A DNA stretch of 61,172 nt. It comes from Saprolegnia diclina VS20 (taxonomy: Eukaryota). Made by a program: the position numbers and the translations under genes. The notes under the pieces were generated by a model. The model searched no databases, was not told the origin of the DNA, and was given only the letters and a program-made list of their open reading frames with translations. The stretch covers positions 607,547-668,718 of the forward strand of contig NW_008246076.1 of assembly GCF_000281045.1 (NCBI RefSeq). Direction: 5' to 3'. Position 1 is the first letter of the stretch. Each line of letters opens with the position of its first letter. Below, piece by piece: positions 35,218-46,312 of the stretch.

Positions 35218-35581
35218 ATGCGCCAGTTCCTCCAGACGATCCTCAAGTCCGGGGCCGCGGTCGCGCCGAGCAGCGCAGCGTCGACCAAGACGATCGCCAA
35301 GGAGCGCCTGCAGATCATCCTCGCCCACCAGCGCGGGTCGCAAGCGCTCGCGGGCGTCGACCTTGGCGCGCTCCAAGAAGAGCTCTTGGCGTGCGTCCAG
35401 CGCCACATTGCCGTCGCCCAAGGCGAGAAGGTCAACATTGCCGGTACGCATCTCCATACATATCCTGCATACGATATATGCTCATGCGCCTACGACTCTA
35501 GTCAAGCAAGAGGGCTCGATGGACATTTTTGAAATGCAGGTTCCCGTGAGCGCCTTGCCGGTGCGGGCGACGACGCCGTGA
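35218..35581 (+). CDS. minE: MinE (division topological specificity factor), nucleus-encoded, 2 exons
   Basis: TKTIAKERLQIILAHQR matches the MinE signature (AKERLQIIVAER), followed by LQEELLACVQRHI. Removing intron 35444-35501 gives VNIAVKQEGSMDIFEMQVPV, the MinE C-terminal strands. Confidence 0.88.
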
Positions 35582-35669
35582 AGCCGTGGAAGCTAATGTA
35601 CTCTTTATCGTTGTCATCACGTGCGCTATATGGCCGTCAGTACGGGTAGTAGTCGTCGTACGGTAGCGC

Positions 35670-37930
35670 CTAGGACAGACGTGAGCGCTGATGTCGATCG
35701 GCCGCTGGTTGTACGACCTGCAGGTTGCTAATGCTGTCCGGAATCCACGTGACGCGCACGATGGGCATGTTGTACTGCGTCCAGAGCTCCTTGCACGTCG
35801 ATGGCGAGAGCGACTTGGACACGATCCCGACCGTCGTCGCGCTTGCTTGTGGTTTCTCGTGCAGACCTTTGGCAAAGACAAAGCCCTCGAACGTGCCACC
35901 AAACGCAACGACGAGCGGTTCGAGCTGCATGGCCGACTGCGGCTCGAACGACGTTGTCGGACACAGCTGCACGAAATGCATGTTGGCAAAGATGTGCGTC
36001 GTACTTGGCTACGTACACTGCATCACCCACAACCTTGTCGATGGCGTACCTGTGGCGCGAGCCGAGACCGGCGTGGCTGTCCCGTAGCACTCGAGAAGAC
36101 ATCGCCGTCCATCTCAAACGGCGTCTCGTCGACCCAGTAGCCGGCGGCAGCACTGGCCTCCACCCATCTAGACGCCCCATCCCGTTCAGACAAGAGAAAG
36201 TCTGCTCGTCGGTCTACCCAAAGTCGACGATCCAGCAGTGGTGGGCGAGACCAAGCATGTACTTGACGCTGCGTGTACACCGTCGAGGTTGTGCCGCCTT
36301 GGTGATGACGTGCGTGACGTCGGTCATGAGGCGCCTAGCCATATTTATGCATAAGACGTCTGCAGCTAAACCGAGTGGTATGGTCTTGAGCCGTACCCAG
36401 TTTTGGGGTCCAGGTAGCGGGCAAAGTCCCGTCCAAATCGAGCGTTTCCCAGATCTTCGAGGCTCTCCAGCAGCATGCGCTTCTCTTCTTTTGACAAGTC
36501 GGCGGCCACGAATCGCTTGGCGGCGTGGGCGCTATGCGCTGGTGTACATGGCCGTGGCGCGGGTGCTGGAATGGCCTCGGGCAGCTCACTGCAGAGCTGC
36601 GACTGCGACATGGCATGGACCGGCACCTCGGTTTCTTCCATGCACGGGTCATACGTCGTCTGTCGCTCGGTCTCGTCGACAGCTTCTTCGTCATCGTCCT
36701 CAGCATCTGCATCGTCTTGCGGGCGAGGGACGGGGCTTGGTGGTTCGGGAGACATTGGCTGCGTCGAGGGAACCATGACCGCATGCAGCGTCACCGGTGT
36801 GGTTGAGAACGCACGCTTGGTCGGTGGTGACTTGGGTACCAAGATGATCGACTTTGTGTTGGGTGGCAGGGCGTCTGCTGGTGGTGGAGTCGATGCCGAT
36901 GGCTCCGCTACGTTGGCAGCGATCGACGGTGGTGCATCTGCCATGGGCAATGTCGGCGGTGCTGCAGGCGGTACGGGTATCGACGACACGATAGGACTCT
37001 GGGGCATCGCAATGCCGCGACGCAACTGGCTCGGTGGAGCAAGTTCGGACTCGGGGGGAAAGGAATTCGAGGGGGTACTCGCCGCGGAAAAGTCCAGAGC
37101 CCCCGCGACCGACACTTGCGAGCCGTCGTCGACGTTCTGACCTAGTAGCCGAAGGTGATCCATGTACGTCCGGATTTCGGGCGTCGTCATGAGCGGGGCA
37201 AGTGCATTTGGTGGTGTCGCCGGTGTCGATGCCACCGTCCGCGCCGGGCTTGGCCTTTCCTGGGCCGCATCGACCGGTCGAATCAGGTTTCTTGGTTCCT
37301 CGACAGCAGCTGGCGGCGGTGTTGCGATGATCAACGCGCTTTGTCGCTCGGCGACGATCAAGGGGTTGGCGGTGGGAACCGTGGGAAGCATCGGGTACAG
37401 CTCGGGCGACTCGGTCTCGAGACTCTCGGACTGGGGCGAGGACGAGCTTGGCGACGCAGGCGCAGGAGGCAACGTGATGGCGTGAGGCAACGTGGTGGCG
37501 GGAGGCAACGACGCTGCCGCCTGGATCTGTGGCGACGGCTCGTCCTCGATCGAGAGCCTGCGCTTGGCGCTACTCGGGCGACTCGCGTCGATGGCGGCTT
37601 CGACAAACTTCCACTCGGCGACAAGGCCGTCGAGAAACTGGTTGCGCCGGACGTCCGTCGGTCGGATCGGGATCGAGCAGCGCGCGCACTTGGACACGGC
37701 CTTGCGCAGCTCGTTCTCGACGCAGACCCTACAAGCACGGTCGACCATGGAGCGCATGCGACGACGCGGACCTGCAAAAGTTGTGGTTGCATGTCAAGCA
37801 CTGCGGGTCTTCCAGCACGCGCTTGCTACACGCAAGCATGAGCCATAGCCTCGTCCGGGCGATCGCACCAGATGAAGCACTGGAGCTCGTCGCGGATGAT
37901 CTCGAGCTGCTCCAGCATCGGTGCGTCCAT
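35670..37930 (-). CDS. BRCA1/BARD1-like RING finger plus tandem BRCT protein
   Basis: Spliced RING LQCFI../LEDPQCLTCNHNFCR/..KCARC, a Pro/Ser-rich linker, BRCT1 VTHVI..RSVKYMLGLAHHCWIVDFGW and BRCT2 PIVRVTWIPDSIS. Confidence 0.8.
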
Positions 37931-38477
37931 TTTGTCGAAATGGTCCTAAATGGAGCTGTCTGGAATTCGGGTTGACTAAATGGACGCCACTTAAGTTCTG
38001 AATAAGGCCGGAAGGACTCAAGGAGGCGAGCCCACGGAGTCCAGCAGTTCATAATGCATCCCTTAATACTTTTTCAGGTGAACATACCCTTGCATGCGCG
38101 ATGACAACAAGTTGAGACGTCGAGCGCTCGCTCGCATGGATATTAAGTGGCGTTGGATCAGCGATGGCCATGAGGTTGAAACGGGGGGATCCTAATTAGG
38201 ACGCCGAATCCAGGCCCCAATCGCATTTTGGCGCGAACGGACGTTTGGATCGCCACCAGACTGACCAGACTTTGCCTTGTCGGCAGAGTGCTTCATGCTG
38301 CCTGGCAGCAGCCAGCTCTCATCGCCGATGACGATGAGAGAAGGCAGCTCAAATACGGCCAAGTCGTCACTAATTCCTCTTGCGTGGCGTGTGCGTGCAA
38401 GTGCAGCTCGTCGGCCAACACTCCAGGTGTACATGTAGATTGATTGACATGGCCACCAAAGGAGAAGCAGAATGGCA

Positions 38478-38630
38478 GAATGTGGGGATTAGTGCGGTGG
38501 TACTGTCTCGTACAACAGATCGTGACTTGGACCAACGACATTATGTCCTTGGTAACCCCTTTTATTTCTCGTATATGCTTCGACGGGGGCAGAGGTTGAG
38601 GAAATTAATTAAGAGTTGAACGAAATCTTG
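38478..38630 (-). ncRNA. Candidate H/ACA snoRNA (target unknown)
   Basis: On the minus strand an ANANNA box (AAATAA/ATAAAA) precedes the stem GGGGTTA..TAATCCCC, which is directly followed by ACA-TT. It lies at the end of the snoRNA cluster. Confidence 0.3.
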
Positions 38631-38691
38631 TTTGATTACCGATGTGTCAAAAAGCTTTTTTCTTTGCTAGTACATGGCTATGACAAGATGA

Positions 38692-38793
38692 TATTGGTCA
38701 GTGTAACTATGACATAAGAAAGCATCATATTAGCCGATTCTCCAAGACGGAGTCTCGACAGTCAAGGATAAATTCATTGTCCTCATCCCAATA
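38692..38793 (-). ncRNA. C/D box snoRNA, SNORD46/snR63-like
   Basis: Terminal stem TATTGG/CCAATA and C-like box GGATGA. The guide GTCATAGTTAC(A) directly before the D box CTGA is antisense to conserved LSU GTAACTATGAC. The internal CCGTCTTG is also recalled from SNORD46. Confidence 0.8.
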
Positions 38794-38822
38794 CACATTC
38801 TTGTGCTACAGCTAATTCTCCA

Positions 38823-38917
38823 ATCGTTGTTCAGAATTATGAAAAAGTTACTCTAAGTTTGTCGCCATGATAGCAAATCAATCTGACAGGGATAATTTGG
38901 TTCATCACCACAACGAT
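38823..38917 (-). ncRNA. C/D box snoRNA, snR38-like
   Basis: 8-bp terminal stem ATCGTTGT/ACAACGAT, C box GTGATGA and D box CTGA. The guide TTATCCCTGT before D' CAGA is antisense to LSU ACAGGGATAA. A second element GTAACTTTT is antisense to the adjacent LSU AAAAGTTAC. Confidence 0.82.
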
Positions 38918-38950
38918 AGTCAGCTACGCTACTTGTTCAATCGGAAATAA

Positions 38951-39076
38951 ATGGAATGGACGATGTAAGATCAGTAACGAACCGTGTGACGGGTTCTGAG
39001 AACAAATTTCTTCATCGACAGCTTGTCTAAAAGCGAGCTGGGTGTATAATGTCATCATGTTACACATCCATTCCAT
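38951..39076 (-). ncRNA. C/D box snoRNA, candidate snR71/snR69-type LSU guide
   Basis: Long terminal stem ATGGAATGGA/TCCATTCCAT, C box ATGATGA (39058-39052) and D box CTGA (38974-38971). ACCCAGCTC is antisense to LSU GAGCTGGGT. Confidence 0.75.
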
Positions 39077-39090
39077 AAAATGCACAAAAT

Positions 39091-39202
39091 CGTTTGAAGA
39101 TCATACCCAACTCTGTTAAAGAAGGGCGAAATGCGTCTCATCACCTCTTTCGAATATGTCTGGGGCGGCGCACATGTGTTGTGATAATCACTTCTTCAAA
39201 CG
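39091..39202 (-). ncRNA. C/D box snoRNA copy A (U31/snR67-like guide, non-canonical boxes)
   Basis: 10-bp terminal stem CGTTTGAAGA/TCTTCAAACG, C-like GTGATTA, D-like ATGA and internal C' GTGATGA. GCCGCCCCAG is antisense to LSU CTGGGGCGGC. Confidence 0.68.
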
Positions 39203-39237
39203 ACACAATATACAAAATCCATGAAAAACTACTAATA

Positions 39238-39341
39238 TGGAGATCATACCCAACTCTGTAAAAGAAGGGCGAAATGCGTCTCATCACCTCTTTCGAATAT
39301 GTCTGGGGCGGCGCACATGTGGTGTGATAATCAATTCTCCA
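39238..39341 (-). ncRNA. C/D box snoRNA copy B (tandem duplicate of 39091-39202)
   Basis: The ~90-nt core is near-identical to copy A but is closed by a different terminal stem, TGGAGA/TCTCCA. Confidence 0.68.
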
Positions 39342-39377
39342 AAATTCAACTATCAATATACAACAATCAATCGAAAA

Positions 39378-39530
39378 AGATGTTTCATCCCTAATTCTGC
39401 CCTCTTGAAGTGAAAGGTAAGAGCGCAAACTCAACGGGAAGGTTCGCTGGTATAAACATTCACTTTAGCAGCCAGCAGTAGGATGCACGACGAGAGAGCG
39501 TCGGCAACTGTCGCAAGAGTGGCTGCAGAT
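39378..39530 (-). ncRNA. H/ACA snoRNA, snR36/SNORA36-like
   Basis: The 3' hairpin has pocket strands GTTGAGT and AATTA flanking the stem TTGCGCTCTT/AAGAGGGCAG, with ACA 13-14 nt downstream. The pocket pairs with SSU TAATT-TG-ACTCAAC. Possible H box ATACCA. The 5' boundary is uncertain. Confidence 0.65.
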
Positions 39531-39542
39531 CCTATCTACGGC

Positions 39543-39558
39543 GCAAATTCAAAACTGA
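39543..39558 (-). promoter_or_regulatory. Oomycete INR/FPR core promoter upstream of the snoRNA cluster
   Basis: Minus strand TCAGTTTTGAATTTGC fits INR (YCAYTYY-like) plus FPR (MWTTTNC). A CCAAT box lies ~60 nt upstream, near 39617-39621. Confidence 0.55.
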
Positions 39559-39933
39559 CCACTTCCTTGAAGCGCGCGTTGCGTTGCGCCACTCGAAATT
39601 GACTGGCTGTCGAGCGATTGGCTATTTCAGGATCCGTATAATTTCGCCATTATCCGGTAAAACCAAACTTCGAAGGAGAGAACGTCGTAGGCGCCGTGGA
39701 TCGTCTTCGACAGCGAAAGGGCGCGCTCGGTCGACCCGATCCCAAGCATGGCCATGCGTCGCTGCTTTGACTAGCGGTAGACGCGCCCAAGCTTGGTCCA
39801 GTAGCATCGAGCTGCTCGTAGTCGCAGGCAGGGATACCGTGCTGCACTGGAGCTCCACTCGACATAATACCATGTCGCCATCAGCAACGGTATTCGATTA
39901 ACAGTAAATAAGACAAAGAAGAGGTGCGCGCCG

Positions 39934-41379
39934 CTACGGAGCGACAATGACGCGCTTCGTCATGTGCTTCATGGTCGGCGAGCCCGGCGACCGGAGAGGC
40001 AGCACAGCGCGGTCGTGCGGCGTCGCGTGGTCCTTGTTGGTCAACCAGAGAATCTCGAGCGACGTGCGCGTGGCAATGAGCTTGGAGGCGCCGTACACTT
40101 GGTTGTTGACGGCGAGCGACCACGGCGGCAGCGGTCCCGGGAGGCGCGGGCCGGCGTGCCCCTCATAGTTGCCACCGGCGCCCGTGGTCACATAGACAGT
40201 GCCTTTGGCCTCGTCAATCTTGTTTTGGTAAATGGGCGCCGTGCGCTCGTAGCCGTGCACGTGCCCGGCAAGGACCACGTCGACGCCAAATTGCGCGTAG
40301 AGCGGCTCCAGCTTGGCCTGGAGGCCGCAGTGCGGCTCAAACATGGGGTGGCCCTTCACGTACACGCCGCGCCAGCACGCGTCCGGGTCGGCAATCTCAA
40401 AGCGCGCGTGCGAGCACTGGCACTGGTGGTCCTGCCACGTGTTGTAGTACGGGTTGTGCTTGATGACAACGACCCACGGCGTCTTATTCCGGTCGACGCG
40501 TCCCAAGTCGTTGGCGAGCCACGTGAGCTGGCGAGTGCGGGCGCTGAGCCACGCTGCCGTCCCGACCGAGTTAGTCGCGCTCCCGACAGACCCGACATAG
40601 TCGTCGAGAAACACCAAATGCACGAGCCCCACATCAAACGAGTAGTACGTGCGCTTGGCGGCAATGCTCTCGGGTGTCAACGGTGTCACGACGCGCTGTA
40701 GGTACCCGAGATAGTTTTCACCGAGCATGTCCCACGCCAGCGGCCGCGGCGCCGCGTGCCCCGACCCGACGACAGTCTCGTGGTTCCCCGGAATGCCCAG
40801 CGTCGGCACCGATCGAAACACGCCTTCTTGGAGCTGAAACCACCTGTCCCAAATCTCGTGCTCGCCGTTGGCGTAGGCGTAGTCCCCAGCGACAAGCAGC
40901 GCGTGCGGGTGGAGCCCGTTGATCGGCGCCGCGAGCATCTCGAGCGTGGCCGAGCTCTCGGTCGTGTCGCCCGGGTCGCCCACGACTGAAAGCACCGTAG
41001 GCGTGTCGTCGCCGACTGCGGGTGGCGTGAAGAACGAGCTGTTCTTGTCGCCGTTGTGGATCGTATACGTGTACTCCGTGTTGGGCAACAGCTTGCAGAG
41101 GTACGCCGTGTGCAAATGCGGCGACGCATAGTGGTACCGGCCATGCGCAACGGAGTACGAGCTGCTTGGGCGTGTGCTTACAACCCACGTCTCGGTCGAG
41201 CCGGCGGGCGCGTAGTGGACGTGATACGGGTCTGGCGTCGCGCTCGCAAACGAGATGGCGACGCCGTTCGCGCAGCTTTGCACGTCGTTGGTCAAGGCCA
41301 AGTGGACCTGCGACGCCGGGCGCAGCGCCAGCGCCGCCGACGCGAGAAGAAGAAGGCGCGGCAACATGGTCAATCGCAT
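39934..41379 (-). CDS. Secreted purple acid phosphatase (calcineurin-like metallophosphoesterase)
   Basis: Signal peptide, FN3-like N-domain and metal motifs GDPG, GDYAY, GNHE and GHVH. Intronless, 481 aa. Confidence 0.92.
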   Translation of the reverse strand: MRLTMLPRLLLLASAALALRPASQVHLALTNDVQSCANGVAISFASATPDPYHVHYAPAGSTETWVVSTRPSSSYSVAHGRYHYASPHLHTAYLCKLLPNTEYTYTIHNGDKNSSFFTPPAVGDDTPTVLSVVGDPGDTTESSATLEMLAAPINGLHPHALLVAGDYAYANGEHEIWDRWFQLQEGVFRSVPTLGIPGNHETVVGSGHAAPRPLAWDMLGENYLGYLQRVVTPLTPESIAAKRTYYSFDVGLVHLVFLDDYVGSVGSATNSVGTAAWLSARTRQLTWLANDLGRVDRNKTPWVVVIKHNPYYNTWQDHQCQCSHARFEIADPDACWRGVYVKGHPMFEPHCGLQAKLEPLYAQFGVDVVLAGHVHGYERTAPIYQNKIDEAKGTVYVTTGAGGNYEGHAGPRLPGPLPPWSLAVNNQVYGASKLIATRTSLEILWLTNKDHATPHDRAVLPLRSPGSPTMKHMTKRVIVAP

Positions 41380-42063
41380 AGTGCTCGCGTCGGTGCTGCG
41401 AGACGGCGGCGATGGGCGGCGACAACGACATCGCGTCGCCCAATGGCATCGCGCGAAGAGAGTGTGGATTCGCTTCTAAAAAATATTATGCATGGTCACA
41501 TACAATGATCAAGATGTTGTTGCATTATAATGTAGCCAATCAACGCGCCGATGAATCTAGGAATCGAAATCTAGAATCTCGGCGGCGGGCGAGGACCGTT
41601 ATGGACCCACGCAGCAGAACGTGGATGCATCGTGGAGGAGAACACCGAGGAAGCCGTCACGAGGTCAGAAATACTGATGGCTCTGGCTCGTGGACTTGCT
41701 GCATCGAGCCCGCGACCAACGAGCTGATGGCTATCGTCTATCCTTTTGAGGCCACCGGCAACGGCGACGATGACATTCTTAACGCGGTTCAACGCTCTCT
41801 CAATAGCGCGGACGGTTGACCGAGTTTGACCCTCGCTTGATACTCACCGGTGCAGGAGCTTGAAGGAGTTTTGAATCTAGTTGCGTAGCTGGTCACTGCA
41901 CGGCCATCGTCAACGTTCCTGACCTAGCTTGGGTGCCACGAGACGTTGGGTGCAGCAGTATGGGTATCGCAGCTGCACGTTAACAAAGAAAGAAACACGG
42001 ATTCGACGGACTTTCATGTGAAATGACATCAAAGCTCCCACCGATATAGTGTGCGATTGATAG

Positions 42064-44801
42064 CTACCAAAGCTGAGTCTTGGGCTGCACATTATGGCGG
42101 TACGAGCCAGCATTGCGCACGGAGATGGTGGCCATGGCTTGCCGTGCGTACTCTGTTTTGGCCAGCCCTGCGTCCTAGGTAAAATAGTATGCAGCAAAAG
42201 CCAACCGAGAGGCCACGTTGCTGTACCTGCAGCGCCAGACCGAGCTTAAACCGCGCGTCCTTGAAGAGTTTGTCCGTGTCATAGCCGTGGGACGGGAATA
42301 GGCCCGACTCCTATGCTCCAAGTCGAGCCTTTTTCAATCAACACGGAGGAATACATGGACGCCTAGCGGCTCCTGGGCTGCGTCGACGTTGGCCTGAAAG
42401 GCGACTGTGGGCTGCCGCGTTCTTTCGGGATCGATCTACCGCACACGCATTCTAGTACAAAAGTCTTTTCGCCGTGATGGCACCTGGATTTCGGCCAGCT
42501 TGGCCGCGTACGGTGTTTCCAGCTTGAGCGCTTCCAAGGCCTGTCGTCGTGCCGCTTCTTCGTCTTGCTAAAATTCAAATGACTTCTCTGTGAGCCAGAA
42601 CCAACAGCGATGAGTGTACCTGGCGCTGTAGCTGTTGCTTTTGCAGCTCTGTCTTGTGCTAATGACGTACATACATCCTCTGCCCCTCGATTGTTGGTGC
42701 TCAGGTATTACCTCCCACTCGTCCATGCGGTGTTGGACACGCTCGGCATTGATCACGGCTTGCGCGGCCTTGGCTTCGTCTTCGCGCGCCCGTGCGACCG
42801 CCGCCGCCTCTTCGTCTGCGATGGCACCGAGCTCTTGCCAACCCCTGGGCACGATCGCCGTTGATGTGCCACATTGTGCACATCAATGCGAAAAGTAGCG
42901 TACTTGTGCTCCTGCACCAACTTCTTCTTGAGCTCGTGTTCCTTCTTGCGCTTGGCCTCCATAGCTTCCTGGAGTGCTTGGGCCTCGAGGCGAGCAATCT
43001 CGCTCTGGTGCGCAGCCATCTCGGCCTTGACGTTGCGTTTGAGCTGGAAGCGCGCCACCTTTTCATGCAAGACGGCTTGTGCTGCGGCGCGCCGTGCGAG
43101 CTCGGCTTGGCTCGACTGTCGCGCTCGATGCGTCTCGATCGCATCGGCGAGCTGCGTTTTAGCCTTCTCAAAGATGTGTGAATGTTGTCGCGTGTAGTCG
43201 GCCTGTCTACACGGCCGTTGGCAAACCCTCTTTAGCGAGACGATGAGGTACCGCTCTTGGGTCTGTTGCAGATGCCGCCGATGCGTTCGGTGCCATTGGT
43301 CATGGGCTGCCAGATCCTTTCTTGACCTTTGCGGTAGAAGAGGCTCGAGGCGCTTGAGAAATGCTTCGTTGCGAATGCCTTTGGGCTCGCAGTCTTTAAA
43401 CACCTAACCCGCACAGAAAATGTCGCATTTTTGCGGCGAGGATGATTTAGGTGTACTTTGAGATACCGCTCGTGGTCCTCGTCGGTCCAGCCAGGATGCT
43501 TTGGCGGCGTCGCAGTTACTTGCTCCACTGCGCAGCCATATGCCGCCATGCTGGCCCGGTACCCCTCTTCAAGGCCGGCAAGGTCCTATCCACACAGATC
43601 AAACCTTCATCCCAACGCGTGCCGCCACCGCTTCAAGCTGGGTCTGCAGCGTCTCAAACTCAAGCAGGAGGTTGTATTTGAGAATCGGGTCGACACCATC
43701 GCTGAGAGCCTCGTCTTCATCTCGCTGGGGTTGAGTCGCGGCCATGAGCTGTGTCCATACGTCTACATGCGCTAGGCTTAGTGTCCGAATGTATAGAGTG
43801 GCGTACCTTCGGTACTCGCACCAGGTGTCGTCACACCAGCGGTGCGATGCTGACGGCAAAGCGCTTGGCAAGCCACTTGAAGCTCCTTCTCACAGGCCTC
43901 GGCCTCGGCGCTGAGCTGCTCGGTAAGCATATGATGCCCGACAATCGAGTCGAGCATGAGATTTTGCAGTTGAATCTAGTGCAGCTGCTTGGGCGACAAA
44001 CCGTTTGGTACGAACGTACCTTGACTTGACTATACCAGGTGGGGCCTTTGGACGGTGCTTCGGCTTGAATCGATGCGAGAAGGCGACGCATGGTATTTCG
44101 CTAGGTACCCATGAGCTTCACGGAGACATCGCCACAACACGTACATTATCTCGGTCATTTTGGTGCACATTCAGCTGCCCCAAGCGCTGCGTTTGCATCT
44201 CGGTGACAGCCGCAGCGATTACCGCTTCATACGAGTGGTCGTGGTGGTCGTTGACTACATGTTTCGACTGATAACTACAACGAGGTCATGAAATGGTACC
44301 TGGGAGCTCGGAGTTGACGAGCCGCAAGACAGTCGCATCGACGTCTTTCGTTGCCGTCTACCAGGGTTTCAGGCGCTAAGAGCGTGCAGAAGCTGCATGC
44401 GACGGCTACCTGCTCTATCTTTTTAAGGTGCATGTGGTCGTGAAGCCATTGAAACTACGCAACATCATGAGCGCTTGCATGCTCTGTGCGTTCAACCTTG
44501 GCCGTCGACTCCTTCGACGCTTGCTTTTGCTTTTGAGAACGCGACTTCATGTTTTGAATCGTCTAGTATCGCCTTGTCGATAGCCAGTTGCGAGGCAAGA
44601 TGAGGCAAACCTCGAGAACGTTGTTGCCCGTGGTCGCCACCGAGTGCGCCAAATGGCTCTGCTCGTACAGCGAGAGACCCGCTGTGGCTCGAAAGAGCTT
44701 ACTCCGAACCGTCGACTCTTTGGTCTTCTTGCCTACGACGTCATGAGCGTCCGAGGGTGAGGACGGGGTAGTCTACCCTTCACGTCGCCGCCCAATGTCA
44801 T
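42064..44801 (-). CDS. CCDC148-like coiled-coil protein, multi-exon
   Basis: Spliced start MTLGGDVKG/KKTKE, GWTDEDHERYLK..LPQRSRKDLAAHDQW, a long coiled coil and the C-terminus YDTDKLFKDARFKLGLALQ/DAGLAKTEYARQ..QLW*. Confidence 0.65.
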
Positions 44802-45047
44802 GGGTTCGAAACTGCCAAACATTGGTTAACTAGAGCCTTTGACAATATCTGTAGCTTTACTAGTAGCTCTAGAATCAGGACTGCGTGTTGCACAATGCAC
44901 CTCTAAGTGTGCACAGACCAGGCAGCTCGGCTTCAAGCATTTTGACGGCGGCTTGGCTTTTGGCGCCAGGCGGCTGCTATTATCCGGAGTTTATCCGGAT
45001 ATGATCGACCGTTTCGCCATTTTCAATTCCGCCGATCGCCGAGCAAG

Positions 45048-46306
45048 ATGGGACGTCCGGCCTTGCGCGATATGACCAATGACCCCGGACCTCATGGAGC
45101 CCCGCGGAAGCGCAAACTGATGGTGGACATGGGGAAGGAGCGCCTCATGATGATGGAACGTGGAATGGCCTCAAAGGAAGCACGCACGAAGCTCCATGGG
45201 GTCGGCCTTGCCAAACCCGCCTCAAGCAAGGAGACGAGCAGCAACGCGTTCTTCCTGCGGCTCCTCATGGAGACGCCAGCGGTGCAGGAAGCGAGCTTGC
45301 GCAAGATGCCCCAGCACCGCCGGACGAAGAAGTCGCGCAGTCGATTGAGTCTCGTCCATGGCGACGAGCGCCGCCGACTCGCCTTTGAGGACATAAGCGA
45401 CGACGAGAGTTTGTCGGCAGGTAGCTCTCCATGCATGGCGCGAGACCGCGAGCATGGATACGAAGCATCATCATCGAACCAGGGCTGTCGCCAGCCTACG
45501 TGGCTCCTTCGGCGCACCATGGTCGTCGATCGCAGTAAGTGGGACGAGATCTCATGCTATTGCGTAGGCACTTCGGTCGTACAAGGGGTTCCATCCACGA
45601 GCAGCATGGGTACGTAAATCATTGCAGTATTTGAAACTAAGATCTATGCTAGACATCAGCGCATCGTTGCACTCGCACGTTCACTCGACCCTCAACCTCT
45701 CGCTGGACGATCTCTCCATGGCAGAGCTCATCCCACCCGAACGCCCTGCACGTACGTCTCGACAGTCGACTTTCGAAGAGAGACAAAGCCGACGTAGTGA
45801 TGAATCTTTCCATGAACGATGAGGACGAGCGATGCGACGCTGTGGCGGACGCACCACCATCACGTACGTTGATGCTGCGTATGAAGCGAACCTTACCAAC
45901 CATAGACCAAGGACTATTGTCGTCCCGCCCACATCCAAACCCATCCTGCAGTATTTCGAGCTTCTCAAGCCATGCCGAGATGAGCGACGCCCCCCACATG
46001 GCGCCACCTCGTCGAGCGCATGCGACCCACAAGCAAGCAAAGCCCTCGCCTGCCGTCAAGGCTGCTCCGATCGGCAAGCCCAAGATTGCCACCAAGCCTC
46101 GGAGGCAGCCACCGCCCGCCAAACGCCCACCGTCACCACAACGGACGAAACCCAAGACGACATCGTCGCTGCCCCAGCGCGATCGGCTCTCGCAGGCGTT
46201 TTTGCAGCGTCCGTCGCCGCCATCGTCGCCACCTCGCCGGACTGCCGCCACGTACCGCTTGGACCGAAACAACCTTTGTTGCTTGCAGCAATTATTTCTC
46301 GTGTAA
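45048..46306 (+). CDS. Hypothetical low-complexity (Pro/Ser/basic) protein
   Basis: Consecutive plus-strand ORFs 45048-45617, 45622-45822 and 45797-46306 can probably be joined by splicing. No domain recognised. Confidence 0.45.
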
Positions 46307-46312
46307 GACGAG

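Noticed and set aside
39112..39136. TCTGTTAAA and GCGAAATGCG as extra rRNA-antisense elements
   Set aside because: Neither sits next to a D box, and the first differs between the two copies in a predicted loop. Probably coincidental.
39091..39341. The ~90-bp direct repeat as a CRISPR array or LTR pair
   Set aside because: There are only two copies, too long for CRISPR repeats, with no cas or retroelement genes and a eukaryotic context. C/D boxes and terminal stems explain it better.
41601..41819. Short ORF MDPRSRTW.. between the phosphatase and CCDC148-like genes
   Set aside because: No recognisable motif; may be a decayed fragment but cannot be supported.
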